Below the pieces are notes generated by a model. The model saw only the letters and a list, made by a program, of their open reading frames with translations, had not been told where the DNA came from and did not search any database. Shown piece by piece: positions 9,853 through 19,693 of a DNA stretch of 64,000 nucleotides. Numbering within the stretch: the first letter of the stretch is position 1; each line of letters opens with the position of its first letter. This DNA comes from an uncultured delta proteobacterium (lineage in GTDB: Bacteria; Desulfobacterota; RBG-13-43-22): assembly GCA_963843145.1 (NCBI GenBank), contig CAWJJC010000013.1, positions 1 to 64,000 on the forward strand, in the 5' to 3' direction. The position numbers and the translations under genes were made by a program.

Positions 9853-10863
9853 TCAGGAAAGGAGGTACTCCTCATAGACATAAAGGGCCGGCGAGCCGCC
9901 CGTATGGATGAAGAGGATATTGCTCTGTCGTTCAAAATACCCTTTTCTCACCAGGTCGATCAGCCCGGCCATGGCCTTGCCGGTATAAACGGGATCCAAG
10001 AGGATGCCCTCCGTCCTGGCCAGCAATTGTACGGCTTCCGCCATTCCCGGCGTGGGGAGAGAGTATCCCGGTCCGACATAATCACCAAAGCAGACCACGT
10101 TTTCCCGGGGTATCGCGGTGGGGAGCCCCACGTACTCTGCCGTTGCCTGAACCAGGCCATAAACCAAAGCCTCCTGGTCCTGTTTGGTGCGGCTCACATT
10201 GATCCCCAGGACAGGCACATTTAGGTTGCCTCCCTGAACACCGGTTACCAGACCAGCCTGGGTCCCGGCGCTCCCGCTGGCGCAGACGATAGTTTGGATG
10301 TCCAGGCTGAGATCGAAGGTCTGCGCCAGGATCTCCTGAGCGCAAGCTACATACCCCAACGCCCCGAGGGGATTCGAACCGCCTCCGGGGATCACATAGC
10401 CTTTGCGGCCTGCGGCAGCCAACTCCCCGGCTACTGCCGCCATTTCTTCCAACAGGGGAGTACCGGCCGGCACGATCTTGACTTGCTCCACCCCCAGGAG
10501 GTTGTAGAGGAAATTATTGCCGCTGGCCTGGGGGCGATAGCTTCCCGGGACCCGCTCTTCCAGAACCAACCGGCATTTTAATCCTTCTTTTACGGCCGCC
10601 GCCAAGGTCAGCCGGCAGTGGTTCGATTGGATAGCCCCGCAGGTAATCAGCGTATCCGCTCCCTGGGCCAGGGCCTCGGCTACCAGGAATTCCAGCTTGC
10701 GGGTTTTATTCCCCCCGGCGGTCAGCCCTAATAGATCATCCCGTTTGATGTAAATATTCGGGCCGCTCAGAGCTGCGGAGAAGCGCGGGACCCTTTCAAT
10801 GGGCGTTTGCCCGGCCGTATACCTCCTTCGAGGAAATTTCGCGAGATTCATGGGATTGCGCAC
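9853..10863 (-). CDS. dcyD: D-cysteine desulfhydrase / cysteate sulfo-lyase family PLP enzyme
   Basis: KRDD, GGNKTRKLEF, QSNH, SGSAGT, LDPVYTGKA, HTGG. Confidence 0.9.
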   Translation of the reverse strand: MRNPMNLAKFPRRRYTAGQTPIERVPRFSAALSGPNIYIKRDDLLGLTAGGNKTRKLEFLVAEALAQGADTLITCGAIQSNHCRLTLAAAVKEGLKCRLVLEERVPGSYRPQASGNNFLYNLLGVEQVKIVPAGTPLLEEMAAVAGELAAAGRKGYVIPGGGSNPLGALGYVACAQEILAQTFDLSLDIQTIVCASGSAGTQAGLVTGVQGGNLNVPVLGINVSRTKQDQEALVYGLVQATAEYVGLPTAIPRENVVCFGDYVGPGYSLPTPGMAEAVQLLARTEGILLDPVYTGKAMAGLIDLVRKGYFERQSNILFIHTGGSPALYVYEEYLLS

Positions 10864-11280
10864 TCCTTTCTCGAATCAAGAGGGTTGGGGTCAAAAGGTT
10901 AGAAAGAAACCAATGACGATGCCTGATAATAAAATCGCACACCAGTCCCTTATACTATATATTTTTGGATTTTTGTTAGATTCTTACATCCATTGTTCTG
11001 AGAAGTTGTCTCTACCCCTTACTGCACAAGTTTTGATCTATAAATCCCAAATTTGAAGCGTTCTTTTTTCTTTGTCTCCCCTGTAACCTTTCGCCCTGTT
11101 AATTCGTCCTATCTCAAAGGCCTTTCCAATTAATGGGGGTCAACCCAGGAACTCGAGCGGCTTCGGACTCCATCGGAGGATTGACCGCCTATCCGAAATT
11201 TCCGGACGACCCCTCAATTCCGGCCCAATAAGGATCCCCCTGAGAAGATAGCCACTGGTCCAAGAGGATACCCGCGCTAT

Positions 11281-11469
11281 GAAAAAAGAACTATTGAACT
11301 GGAATTTGACCACCGGGAAATGGCAGAAATACTGGAGATATCCATCGATAATGTAAAGGTCCGGCTTCACCGGGCCCGGAAGAGATTAAAAGCCATCCTG
11401 GAAGAAAAGTGCCTTTTTGCAAGAGACGAAAGGGCCGTGCTGATCTGCCTTCCGAAGACCGCCGATTAG
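11281..11469 (+). pseudogene. C-terminal remnant (region 4) of an ECF sigma factor
   Basis: Hand translation HREMAEILEISIDNVKVRLHRARKRLKAILEEKC...*; upstream in-frame stop at 11182, no region 2. Confidence 0.75.
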
Positions 11470-12377
11470 TTCCTGAAAATCAGAGGCAGGAATAGGGCCT
11501 TCGGTGCCGGTAGTTCATAGGTGTCGATGAGTGTGCCCCCGGCGCCCCCCGCAATCGAGTAGAACCTGAAGATGATCCCGGCGGGAGTGGCCTCGATCAG
11601 CAGAGCACCGTAATTGGCGTTGTAACGGACAAGGCTGTCGGGATCGGGTGGGTCCCGGAAACCGTATAAACTAACTCCTCCTGTGCCTACCACAAAGTAC
11701 GGGAAGCCGTTTTTTACAATCCGTTCATACACATGGTCATGTCCGGCAATCACGGCTGTCGCCCCCCAGTCCTGAAAAGGCCATTGCAACGCCGGGGAGT
11801 CGCCGTGTCCGGAACCCGAGGAATATGGGGGTTCATGCAGTGCCACCACCTTCCAGGGCGCGGTCGAGGCCGCCAGTCGGGCCTGCAGCCATAGCGCCTG
11901 AGGGGAGGTGACGGTGTTTCCATCCGCTTCCCGCCCATCGCTGTCCATCACGAAAAACTGAATCGGCCCCTGGACAAAATCGTAATAGCGTTCAATACCG
12001 GGCAGTTCAAAGTAGTCGGTCCATCCGGAAATCCCGCCATCCCAGTCGTGGTTGCCCAGACTCGGGAAAAATTTGTTGGTGGCCGCTCCGGGCGCGTAAA
12101 TGCTTGAGCTGCCGGCAGGGTAGCGGATATAAGCGCCGTAAAACTGGCCCACCTGGCGATCCATTTCGGGCACCTGCGTATTATTGGTATTATCGCCTGT
12201 CGTAACGATGAGGTCCGGATTCCAACTCTTGACCAGGTTGGCCACGCCTTGGGTGTTATCCGTGGCATTGTAATAATCACCGATCACCGCACAGCGAACG
12301 GGTTCCGCGGGATGGGCAACGTTTACCGCTGGGATAAAGAGCAGCGCCAGCAGGGCCGGTACTAAACGGAGGATCAT
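11466..12377 (-). CDS. Secreted calcineurin-like metallophosphoesterase
   Basis: Signal peptide; GD, GDN, GNHD, HEPPY, GHDH motifs; C-terminal LFLPLIFRN. Confidence 0.9.
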   Translation of the reverse strand: MILRLVPALLALLFIPAVNVAHPAEPVRCAVIGDYYNATDNTQGVANLVKSWNPDLIVTTGDNTNNTQVPEMDRQVGQFYGAYIRYPAGSSSIYAPGAATNKFFPSLGNHDWDGGISGWTDYFELPGIERYYDFVQGPIQFFVMDSDGREADGNTVTSPQALWLQARLAASTAPWKVVALHEPPYSSGSGHGDSPALQWPFQDWGATAVIAGHDHVYERIVKNGFPYFVVGTGGVSLYGFRDPPDPDSLVRYNANYGALLIEATPAGIIFRFYSIAGGAGGTLIDTYELPAPKALFLPLIFRN

Positions 12378-13681
12378 GACTCCTTTCCTGTCGGTCTTGA
12401 AAACCTCGATTCGATGAGCCTATCCAACCAGGCTCGACCCCGGATTCGATAAATCTCCTCGGGGGAAATGGGGAAGCAGTCGTAAGACAGGATCACCGGT
12501 CCGCAATCGGTCTCCCGTATCTGCGTTTGGTCATAAAAATCCCGCCAGGCTTGAAGATAGCCTTCATAGAGTTCATCGGGGGTCATGTTCCGGGGTTCAT
12601 AGACTACGAGGCCGGCCGTATAATCGGAAAAGTCTTTATTTAACAACCGGCCCTCGCTTTCCAGCCGGGCGTAAATTCGGCTTCGGGGATAGGGGGTGAG
12701 GATATGGAACTCCGCCTCTTCGATTTGATGGGCTTTCGCAAAAGCCACAGTCTTTTCAAAGACGTCCTTCTTATCATGGTCGAACCCGAAAACAAAAGAA
12801 GCGATGACCTTAATGCCCTGGTCCCGGACCCGTTGCAGGTATTCCCCGGCGCGCCGGACCTCTACCCCCTCGATGACTTCGTTCAAACCGGCCGAGACCC
12901 AAGGACTGAGGTCCAGATACATGGCCCAGCAATGGCTCTCCCTCAGGAGCCGCAAGTAATCCTCGTCTTTGGCAAAAGGCAGGGAGGCCAGACCGACCCA
13001 GGGTTTGCCCAGCCCGGCCAGGCCTTCAAATAACGGCCGGATGCGTCTTTTAGCCAGGTGCAGGTTGTCGTTGACCAGGAAGAGATAGTGGTCTAATTTA
13101 GCCAGGTTCTCCAGCAGCATTTCCAGGTTAAAGAGCCGGAACTCCCGCCCGAAAGTCTGCGGCACGGAACACAGGTCGCAGTTGACGGGACAGCCCCGGG
13201 ATACCTGAACTGAATTCATGGGGATATAGGAATCGCGAGGAAAGAGATCCCACCGGGGCAGAGAAACCGATTGTGGCGGAGTTCCGCAGCGGTAGACCGG
13301 TTGAAGCCTTCCCCGGCTAAAGTCTTCCAACAGCTTCGGCCAGATGTCTTCGGCCTCGCCGATGACAATGGCCGACCCGTAACGTTGGGCCTCTTCGGGG
13401 AGCAGGGAAACATGCACTCCTCCCAGGACCACGGGGATGCCCTTCTCTCGATAAAGGCGGGAAAGCTCGTAAGCCCGCCCGGCCTGGGGAGTCATGACCG
13501 AGATGGCCACCAGGTCGCAGGCTTCCTCAATATCGACGGCGCTCAGGCGCTCGTCGCTGAAGGATATCTCGACCTCCGGCGGCGTGAGGGCGGCCAAAAT
13601 GGCTGGGCCAAGCACCGGGATATACCGACGATAGACCAGGGGAAAGTGTCCCAGGTCCGGAAAAATAAATTTGAGTTTCAT
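12374..13681 (-). CDS. B12-binding domain radical SAM protein
   Basis: N-terminal B12-like domain (VVLGGVH, GEAE); RGCPVNCDLC CxxxCxxC; start at 13681 overlaps upstream stop. Confidence 0.9.
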   Translation of the reverse strand: MKLKFIFPDLGHFPLVYRRYIPVLGPAILAALTPPEVEISFSDERLSAVDIEEACDLVAISVMTPQAGRAYELSRLYREKGIPVVLGGVHVSLLPEEAQRYGSAIVIGEAEDIWPKLLEDFSRGRLQPVYRCGTPPQSVSLPRWDLFPRDSYIPMNSVQVSRGCPVNCDLCSVPQTFGREFRLFNLEMLLENLAKLDHYLFLVNDNLHLAKRRIRPLFEGLAGLGKPWVGLASLPFAKDEDYLRLLRESHCWAMYLDLSPWVSAGLNEVIEGVEVRRAGEYLQRVRDQGIKVIASFVFGFDHDKKDVFEKTVAFAKAHQIEEAEFHILTPYPRSRIYARLESEGRLLNKDFSDYTAGLVVYEPRNMTPDELYEGYLQAWRDFYDQTQIRETDCGPVILSYDCFPISPEEIYRIRGRAWLDRLIESRFSRPTGKES

Positions 13682-14610
13682 TCTTGATCTTTCTCCCAAA
13701 AGGGCCTGAACGTGTACCACTGCGTTCGGTATTTACCGATTTGGCGTTCAAAAACAGCCAGCAGCTTCGAAAGGTTATATTCTACCCGCTTATCGGGTTC
13801 CATTACCAGGGGTTCCTCGATAATAATCTCGTAGCTTTTGTAGCCTTTCAGGGGGATAAAGATGGGGACCACCGGGCTTCCCGAAAGCTGGGCAATACGA
13901 ACCGCCCCTTGGGGAAAAGTGGCCGGAGAGCCAAAAAAAGGCAGGGAGACCCCCCGATCGAACTGCAGGCGATCGCCCTGCAGGGCGACCATTTCGCCTT
14001 GTCCAAGGAGCCGGTAAAGTTTTAGCGAGACCATTTCCCCGGGCTTCAAAGCCACCCCCTCGATATGGGTATCGCCGCGCATGAGGTTTCGCTGCTGTTC
14101 AAAAATAGACGAACTGTCGGGAGCATAGACCAGATGGATCTTCCTGCCCGTCACTCCAATGGCTTCCCCCCCTATTTCCCAGTTTCCCAGGTGGGTGGTC
14201 AGGAGCACCACGCCCTTGCCCGGCTTCAAGGCTTTATACAGGTTCTCCCCTCCGGTCACCGTGGTCCGGTATTCTCGGATCCGCGCTCTTCCATAGCTCA
14301 GGTAAAGCAGGTCAATCAAATAATAGGCGTAATTCTTGTAGACGGCCCAGGAATTAAGGATGCGCCCGACCCTCGATCCACCCGGATTCATGCGGCCCAT
14401 GTTGGCCATAATCCCCTTGAAGTTCTTCCCGGTGAAGGGAATGGCGATCGGCAAGACGACGGAGACGGCCAGGAAGCGCATCAGCCAAACCGGCAGGAAC
14501 CCCGCGGAACGAACAAATCCCCTCAACAACGCGCGCATCAGCGGAGTGTGTTGAACCTCGCGGAACCGGCTGGGGATCTCGGCGGTATCGGGGTTTGAGG
14601 AATTCATCAA
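13678..14610 (-). CDS. Lysophospholipid/lipid A acyltransferase (LpxL/HtrB family)
   Basis: HLGNWE, GDR, FFG...FPQG, C-terminal QWY.F.PFW. Confidence 0.88.
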   Translation of the reverse strand: MMNSSNPDTAEIPSRFREVQHTPLMRALLRGFVRSAGFLPVWLMRFLAVSVVLPIAIPFTGKNFKGIMANMGRMNPGGSRVGRILNSWAVYKNYAYYLIDLLYLSYGRARIREYRTTVTGGENLYKALKPGKGVVLLTTHLGNWEIGGEAIGVTGRKIHLVYAPDSSSIFEQQRNLMRGDTHIEGVALKPGEMVSLKLYRLLGQGEMVALQGDRLQFDRGVSLPFFGSPATFPQGAVRIAQLSGSPVVPIFIPLKGYKSYEIIIEEPLVMEPDKRVEYNLSKLLAVFERQIGKYRTQWYTFRPFWEKDQE

Positions 14611-14883
14611 GAAGAAATTCAGGGGGAAGGAAAAGGCTTGACTAGCTATTTTTGATCATTGACCACCATCCCTGCTCTGGCCCAAGGAATTTGCGAGCGG
14701 CCTCGTGACGGACCGATCATTAGTCACTCTATGGCGTTTAAGAAAGGACCAATTATGCCTGGTTCCGTAAAAGGTCCCCAGCCTGTCTGGCGAGGGTTCA
14801 AAGGGTCTAAGCGACCCCCGAGATTTAAATTTCCCGGAGGCAGGGTCAGCCTGGGCGCACCAAGGTATTGATTTGGGTATCTT

Positions 14884-16083
14884 TTAAATATGGATCCCTA
14901 TTTTCCGGATCAGAATCGTAAAAAAATTGGCCTTTGGTATGTTTACCGGGGAAACGACATCCACTTTACCCACTACCTGGTCGTCGAGCTTTATAACCAA
15001 TTCGCCCAGCTTCTGGCCTTCTTTGATTTCCCCTGTGACCTTCGCCGCCATCAACGGTTCCTTCTTAAAAGATCCTTTCTGATCATTGGCGATCGGGTAA
15101 GCAAAGTCCGCAGCGGCCACTCCTTTGATCTTCCCGATTTTGGCCTCCGGCAGGAGGACTTCCTTATCCACCCCTTCCCCCTTTTTAACAACGGTAACCG
15201 TTTTATATTGGGCGAAAGCTTTTTTGAATTTCTCCAGGGCTACATTATCCCGTGTCCTGGCCTTGGGGCTTCCCAGGACCACCACGATAAAGCGTAAATC
15301 ATTTTTGATCGCCGTGGCCACCACATTGAATCCGGTTTCCCGGTAGTAGCCGGTCTTCAGCCCATCCGCCTCCGGCAGCCTGAACAGGAGCTTATTATGA
15401 TTATTCATGATAAACTGGCCGTTTCTAAAGCCCTCGGTCTTGATGGCGGTCCACTCGAGAAGCTTCGGATAACGGACCAACTCCCGGGCCAGGATGGCCA
15501 GGTCGCTGCAGGAACTTTGATCCTCCGGCTCCCCCTTGGAGGGCGGGAGTCCATGGACGGAATGAAATTCCGTATCCACCATATTCAAGGCCTTGGCCTT
15601 CTCGTTCATCAGCTTGATAAAGGCCTCCTTGGTCCCGGCCAGATGCTCGGCCACCGCCATAGCGGCATCATTGCCCGAGGCCACCAGCACGGCTTTCATC
15701 ATTTCCTCCAGGGTGAAGGTCTCCCCTTCTTTCAGGTAGACCTGGCTGCCCCCCATTTTGGAAGCCTCCCGGGAGGTCGTGACCGTGTCCGTCAGCTTGG
15801 CCTCCCCTTTGGCCAACTTGTCCATCACCACGGCGGCCAGCATGAGTTTCACTACGCTGGCCGGGGCCCTTTTCAGGTGGATATTCTCTCCCTCCAGGAC
15901 CTTCCCGCTGCGGGCTTCCACAACGATAAAGGCTTTATAGGGTTCTTCCGGGACTGCCCTGACCTGGACCTTGGTCTGCGTAGATTTTTTGGCGCCCCGG
16001 TTTTTCTTGGGGGCCGAGGATCGGGCCTGAACCAGGCCGGCCGAGAAAAGGACGATTAAGACAACCACCAACCATTTCTTCAT
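14884..16083 (-). CDS. dacA: D-alanyl-D-alanine carboxypeptidase (PBP5/DacA family)
   Basis: PASVVK (SxxK), SGNDA (SxN), KTG triad; signal peptide from MKKWL. Confidence 0.9.
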   Translation of the reverse strand: MKKWLVVVLIVLFSAGLVQARSSAPKKNRGAKKSTQTKVQVRAVPEEPYKAFIVVEARSGKVLEGENIHLKRAPASVVKLMLAAVVMDKLAKGEAKLTDTVTTSREASKMGGSQVYLKEGETFTLEEMMKAVLVASGNDAAMAVAEHLAGTKEAFIKLMNEKAKALNMVDTEFHSVHGLPPSKGEPEDQSSCSDLAILARELVRYPKLLEWTAIKTEGFRNGQFIMNNHNKLLFRLPEADGLKTGYYRETGFNVVATAIKNDLRFIVVVLGSPKARTRDNVALEKFKKAFAQYKTVTVVKKGEGVDKEVLLPEAKIGKIKGVAAADFAYPIANDQKGSFKKEPLMAAKVTGEIKEGQKLGELVIKLDDQVVGKVDVVSPVNIPKANFFTILIRKIGIHI

Positions 16084-16315
16084 AAGTTCCCTTGCTCCGT
16101 TTCGTTTCTTGGGAATTGTCCAGAAATTCCCTGGGTGAGTATAGAACAAGTATAAAAGCCCGGTGTGCCGAGGGTCAAGGAGATAGTGGGGGTCGGAAGG
16201 AAAAAGGCGACCAGTAAAGTTCCAGCCCCGGAGGAGCCCGGCATTGAAAATATTCTGGAGGGAATACCGCCCTACCTGGAGGACCTGGTTTCCTTCGGTG
16301 CTGAAGGGGAAGGGT

Positions 16316-16344
16316 TTGACTCTAAAACCTTATTGTGATAGAGT
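16316..16344 (+). promoter_or_regulatory. Putative sigma70 promoter
   Basis: TTGACT-17 nt-TAGAGT upstream of the CopG-like gene. Confidence 0.5.
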
Positions 16345-16371
16345 GTTATAGTTACCTCTGGAGCTGCTGAT

Positions 16372-16629
16372 ATAGCGACTAAAGCCAAACGGGCCACGGT
16401 CTACCTGGAACCCATCCGCTATAAAGTTTTGCGTCCAACGGCCGCCGAACCAGCTACGTCCGTATCCGTACTGGTCAACAATGCCGTTAGAGGAGCCCTG
16501 GCCGAGGATGCCGAGGACCTGAAGGCGTTTAAAGAAAGGGGTGGCAAACCTTTGATCGGTTATAAGGAACTGATTAAAAGACTGAAACATGAAAAAACAA
16601 TTTATTATCGCGGCCGACCCGCCGAATGA
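16372..16629 (+). pseudogene. Degenerate CopG/RHH-family antitoxin with ATA at the expected start; no cognate toxin
   Basis: In-frame KRATVYLEP...VSVLVNNAVRGALAEDAEDLKAFKER; ggag upstream of ATA 16372. Confidence 0.65.
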
Positions 16630-17429
16630 ATCCACGGAACCGGCCTGGTGGTTTATATTTTCCAAGCGGAAACTGCTCGTTTCCGCCGAAGGATCGAAAC
16701 CCGCCGTCCCGTTGATCCGGAACCTGGCCGATCTGGGAATCCATTCCCCTGGGGAAATCTACCTGGGGACCTTAGAGGGAAAGCCCTGCTATGGCGTGGT
16801 CTTTTCCGATCCAGCGGCGGCTCCCCCGGCCGGCCTGGCTTTCCAGGACCTGTGGGGGCTCCATAGTCGGCTGGACCCGGTTTTTATCCCCATTGCCTTC
16901 CGGGCACTCCATCTGCTCGACTGGTCGCATAAAGACCCGGTTCTGCAAACGTTGCGGGAACCAAATGAAACCCAAGGCCGGTCCTCCGGCCCGGGAATGC
17001 CCCCAATGTGGTTACCTGAGTTTTCCTCGGATCTCGCCGGCGGTGATCGTTTTAGTTGAGCGGGGGAATCAATGTCTGCTGGCTCGCTCCCCCCGTTTCA
17101 AGGGAGAATTCTACAGCGTCCTGGCCGGCTTTGCCGAACCGGGAGAAACCCTGGAAGAAACAGTGATCCGGGAAGTTCGGGAAGAAACCGGCATCGAGGT
17201 CGAAGATATCCGCTATTTCGGAAGCCAGCCCTGGCCTTTCCCGGACTCCCTGATGATCGGCTTCACGGCCCGCTACGCCGGCGGCGAGATCCGGGTGGAC
17301 GGTGACGAGATCATGGATGCCCATTGGTTCCCTCACGACCAATTGCCCAATATTCCGGGCAAGATCAGTATCGCCCGGGCGCTCATCGACTGGTTTGCCG
17401 CCAAGCACCAGATGGAACCCGGTGAATAA
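16589..17429 (+). CDS. nudC: NAD(H) diphosphatase NudC, frameshifted near 16931
   Basis: N-domain in one frame; Zn ribbon CKRC/CPQC, Nudix box [17 protein letters not shown] and SQPWPFP in the next; extra A in cataaagacc. Confidence 0.88.
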
Positions 17430-17489
17430 AACCCTCCGCGAACGGGCACTCGCGAAGTAAGAAAACAAAGGTTAACCCGGTCAAGATTC

Positions 17490-17616
17490 GTCATTCCGGA
17501 CAAGTCACGCCGGCGGCGTGACGCGATCCGGAATCCAGGCCCCGGTTCAGCTTCTCAGGCACTGGATACCCCCGGCTTACTACCTGCCGGGGCAGGCTTA
17601 TCGAGTCCGGTATAAC
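17490..17616. repeat. REP-like palindromic element (GTCATTCCGG...ATCCAG / CTGGAT... family)
   Basis: Left arm is the near-exact reverse complement of 61579-61630. Confidence 0.8.
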
Positions 17617-17786
17617 GACTTAAGACAAAGACCTAAAAGCGTTGATCGAGTATACTCTTACTGTGGTACGTCAGCTCTTTAAATCTGACTTTAACCTCAC
17701 GTTATGTTTTAAAATTATTCATCGATAAATCAGCTTTTTAGAAACCGGCAACCCCTGACCAATAGGCTCGTCCATGAAGCAGTCCC

Positions 17787-17830
17787 AAAAAACCCTGTTT
17801 TTTTGCAAAAGAAGACGGGGTTTTTATTTT
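17787..17830. terminator. Intrinsic terminator-like hairpin
   Basis: aaaaaccctgtttttt-gcaa-aagaagacggggttttt followed by T tract. Confidence 0.55.
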
Positions 17831-17862
17831 AGGCCGGGGGATAGGGTTGTCAACCTAATGAA

Positions 17863-18789
17863 ATGGTATCTTCCTCAGCCCTGAAAAAAATCCTTGGAGT
17901 TTCCAAAAAACAAAATAATAAGTTATTAAGCCCGTTCCCAATCACAACGAGGTCTACAGTGCTCCCATCTATATGTCATCAACAGCGATATGCGACCATT
18001 CTGCCGCGAATAGACGATATCGTGAAAAAGGTGAACGCATATCAAACGAATGCATTTTCAGCAGAAATCGCTACTCGTAACGGTTGGGCCCGATACTTCG
18101 GTTTACCGGATAGCGAGATCTTAAAAATCTGTGTTGAGCTAATCGCCTACAGCCAACAAGCGCAAGCACGATTAGTGCAAGAACTTCTCAATGGTGGCAT
18201 CTTCAACCATATTTTTCTGAATTTCGATGTACGCGCCGTTGCAAATCTCCAACCCAACCAGATTTACGCTCAATATTGGGACCGGATTGGCGTAATCCGC
18301 TTTCCGTCAAAGATTGAGGCAATGATAGGTTGTGGACAGGCATTGCTGGAAATTAGAAATCAATACTCCTCGTTCATGAGTTATTTACGAGCCACAAATA
18401 TTCCTCTGACAGTGCAATCTCAGTCAGATATAGAGGAATTTTGGAGTGAATTTGAAAGTATTAGGCATTTTCTTCGCCAGGTAAAAATGCCTTTCTTTAA
18501 CAATTTTACTAGTCTGTGCCATCTACTCATGGCGCTGGGTTATGATTGCGCCAAGCCCGATAGCGTAATAATGGGCACCGCAGTCAACTTGGGCTTAGTC
18601 CTGCCAGGGATAAATTTGTTGAAACCTACCTACACTGACCGTAACCGAAGGGACGTCATAATAACCATGCAGGTATTCTCCCTCTGCCGAAGAATGCGGG
18701 TTTCGGTGCTGGATTTATACCTTTTGATTTGTGGCGGTCAAACGGGGGCTCGGCATTTGGTCAATCCTCAGTTCTATCCGTGTCCTTGA
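17863..18789 (+). CDS. Divergent Tag/HhH-superfamily DNA glycosylase-like protein
   Basis: IFLNFDVRAVANL and IRFPSKIEAMIGCGQALLEI...SFMSYL resemble Tag; HLLMALGYDCAKPD is HhH-like; AT-richer than flanks. Confidence 0.6.
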   Translation: MVSSSALKKILGVSKKQNNKLLSPFPITTRSTVLPSICHQQRYATILPRIDDIVKKVNAYQTNAFSAEIATRNGWARYFGLPDSEILKICVELIAYSQQAQARLVQELLNGGIFNHIFLNFDVRAVANLQPNQIYAQYWDRIGVIRFPSKIEAMIGCGQALLEIRNQYSSFMSYLRATNIPLTVQSQSDIEEFWSEFESIRHFLRQVKMPFFNNFTSLCHLLMALGYDCAKPDSVIMGTAVNLGLVLPGINLLKPTYTDRNRRDVIITMQVFSLCRRMRVSVLDLYLLICGGQTGARHLVNPQFYPCP

Positions 18790-19033
18790 TTTCGTCGCCG
18801 AAAAGTAACCCTGGTAATACACGGATCAAGCCTACTGGCTATTCTCGCAACAAAAAGCGAGGGCAGTGGAGGATCTTAGTCAATTCAATTAACCTATACG
18901 CTCTTGCCCTGGGCTAATAGAATTAGGCCATCCCCCCAGAAGCCAAGATACAGTATTTTAGTTTTTTTCTATAACCCATCTATAAGCAGGATGACTTCAT
19001 TGACAAGGAACTAATTTGTTCAAGGAGAGGATT

Positions 19034-19465
19034 ATGGGGAAAAAAGAATCCAGTATATTCATAAGAATGGATCAGTCTTTAAATGACAGGATTCAAGAAC
19101 AGGCTTATCGCTTAGGAGCAAGTAAATCTACAATAATTCGAATGGCAGTTGTAAAATTCTTAGAAGAACAAGAACAAAATAAACAACTGGGAGTGCCTGT
19201 TATTTCTATGAATGACTTGATTGCAAAAATGAAAATGATAGAACGTAAATTAAATGTATATGAAAAAAAATATGGCATTTTAAGTGAAGATTTCTATGCG
19301 AAAACAATATCTGGCAAATTAGATAATTTGATTAGGGAAGAAGAAAACAGTGGGGACCTTGACCGTTGGAGGGATAACTATAATGCTTGGTTAAGGCTAA
19401 AGGGAGAGTACACTGATCAGTTGAAAAATCGTGAAACATCAGAGACATTACGTTCTAAAAGCTAA
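19034..19465 (+). CDS. RHH/CopG DNA-binding domain fused to a TumA-like antitoxin domain
   Basis: SIFIRMDQSL...SKSTIIRMAVVKFL RHH; YEKKYGILSEDFY...GKL...W; strongly AT-rich. Confidence 0.6.
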   Translation: MGKKESSIFIRMDQSLNDRIQEQAYRLGASKSTIIRMAVVKFLEEQEQNKQLGVPVISMNDLIAKMKMIERKLNVYEKKYGILSEDFYAKTISGKLDNLIREEENSGDLDRWRDNYNAWLRLKGEYTDQLKNRETSETLRSKS

Positions 19466-19693
19466 TCTTCAGGTTTCTGTATTTTTCGACAATTCGCCAA
19501 TTGTTGGAAGAACGATTGGGGCATAAGTGAGGAGAAAAGATGGGCTCGTTGGCCTCGAATGGATTCACAATTCTTTACGGTAAAATGGTTTTATGTGGGA
19601 GGGGGAGGTCGGACAAATAAATATATAATCTGTATGCCCTCGGCCTTCGTCGGGGAAAGGACCCGGTCGCATTTCCGCTCCAAGGAGTGTTGA

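Noticed and set aside
11225-11280. Guanidine-I (ykkC) riboswitch suggested by CTGGTCCAAGAG
   Set aside because: The other conserved blocks (CTAGGGTTCCG, GGGATAAAAGCCC) are absent in the right arrangement.
14611-14883. Possible 6S, tmRNA or RNase P RNA in the spacer
   Set aside because: No conserved signatures recognised on either strand.
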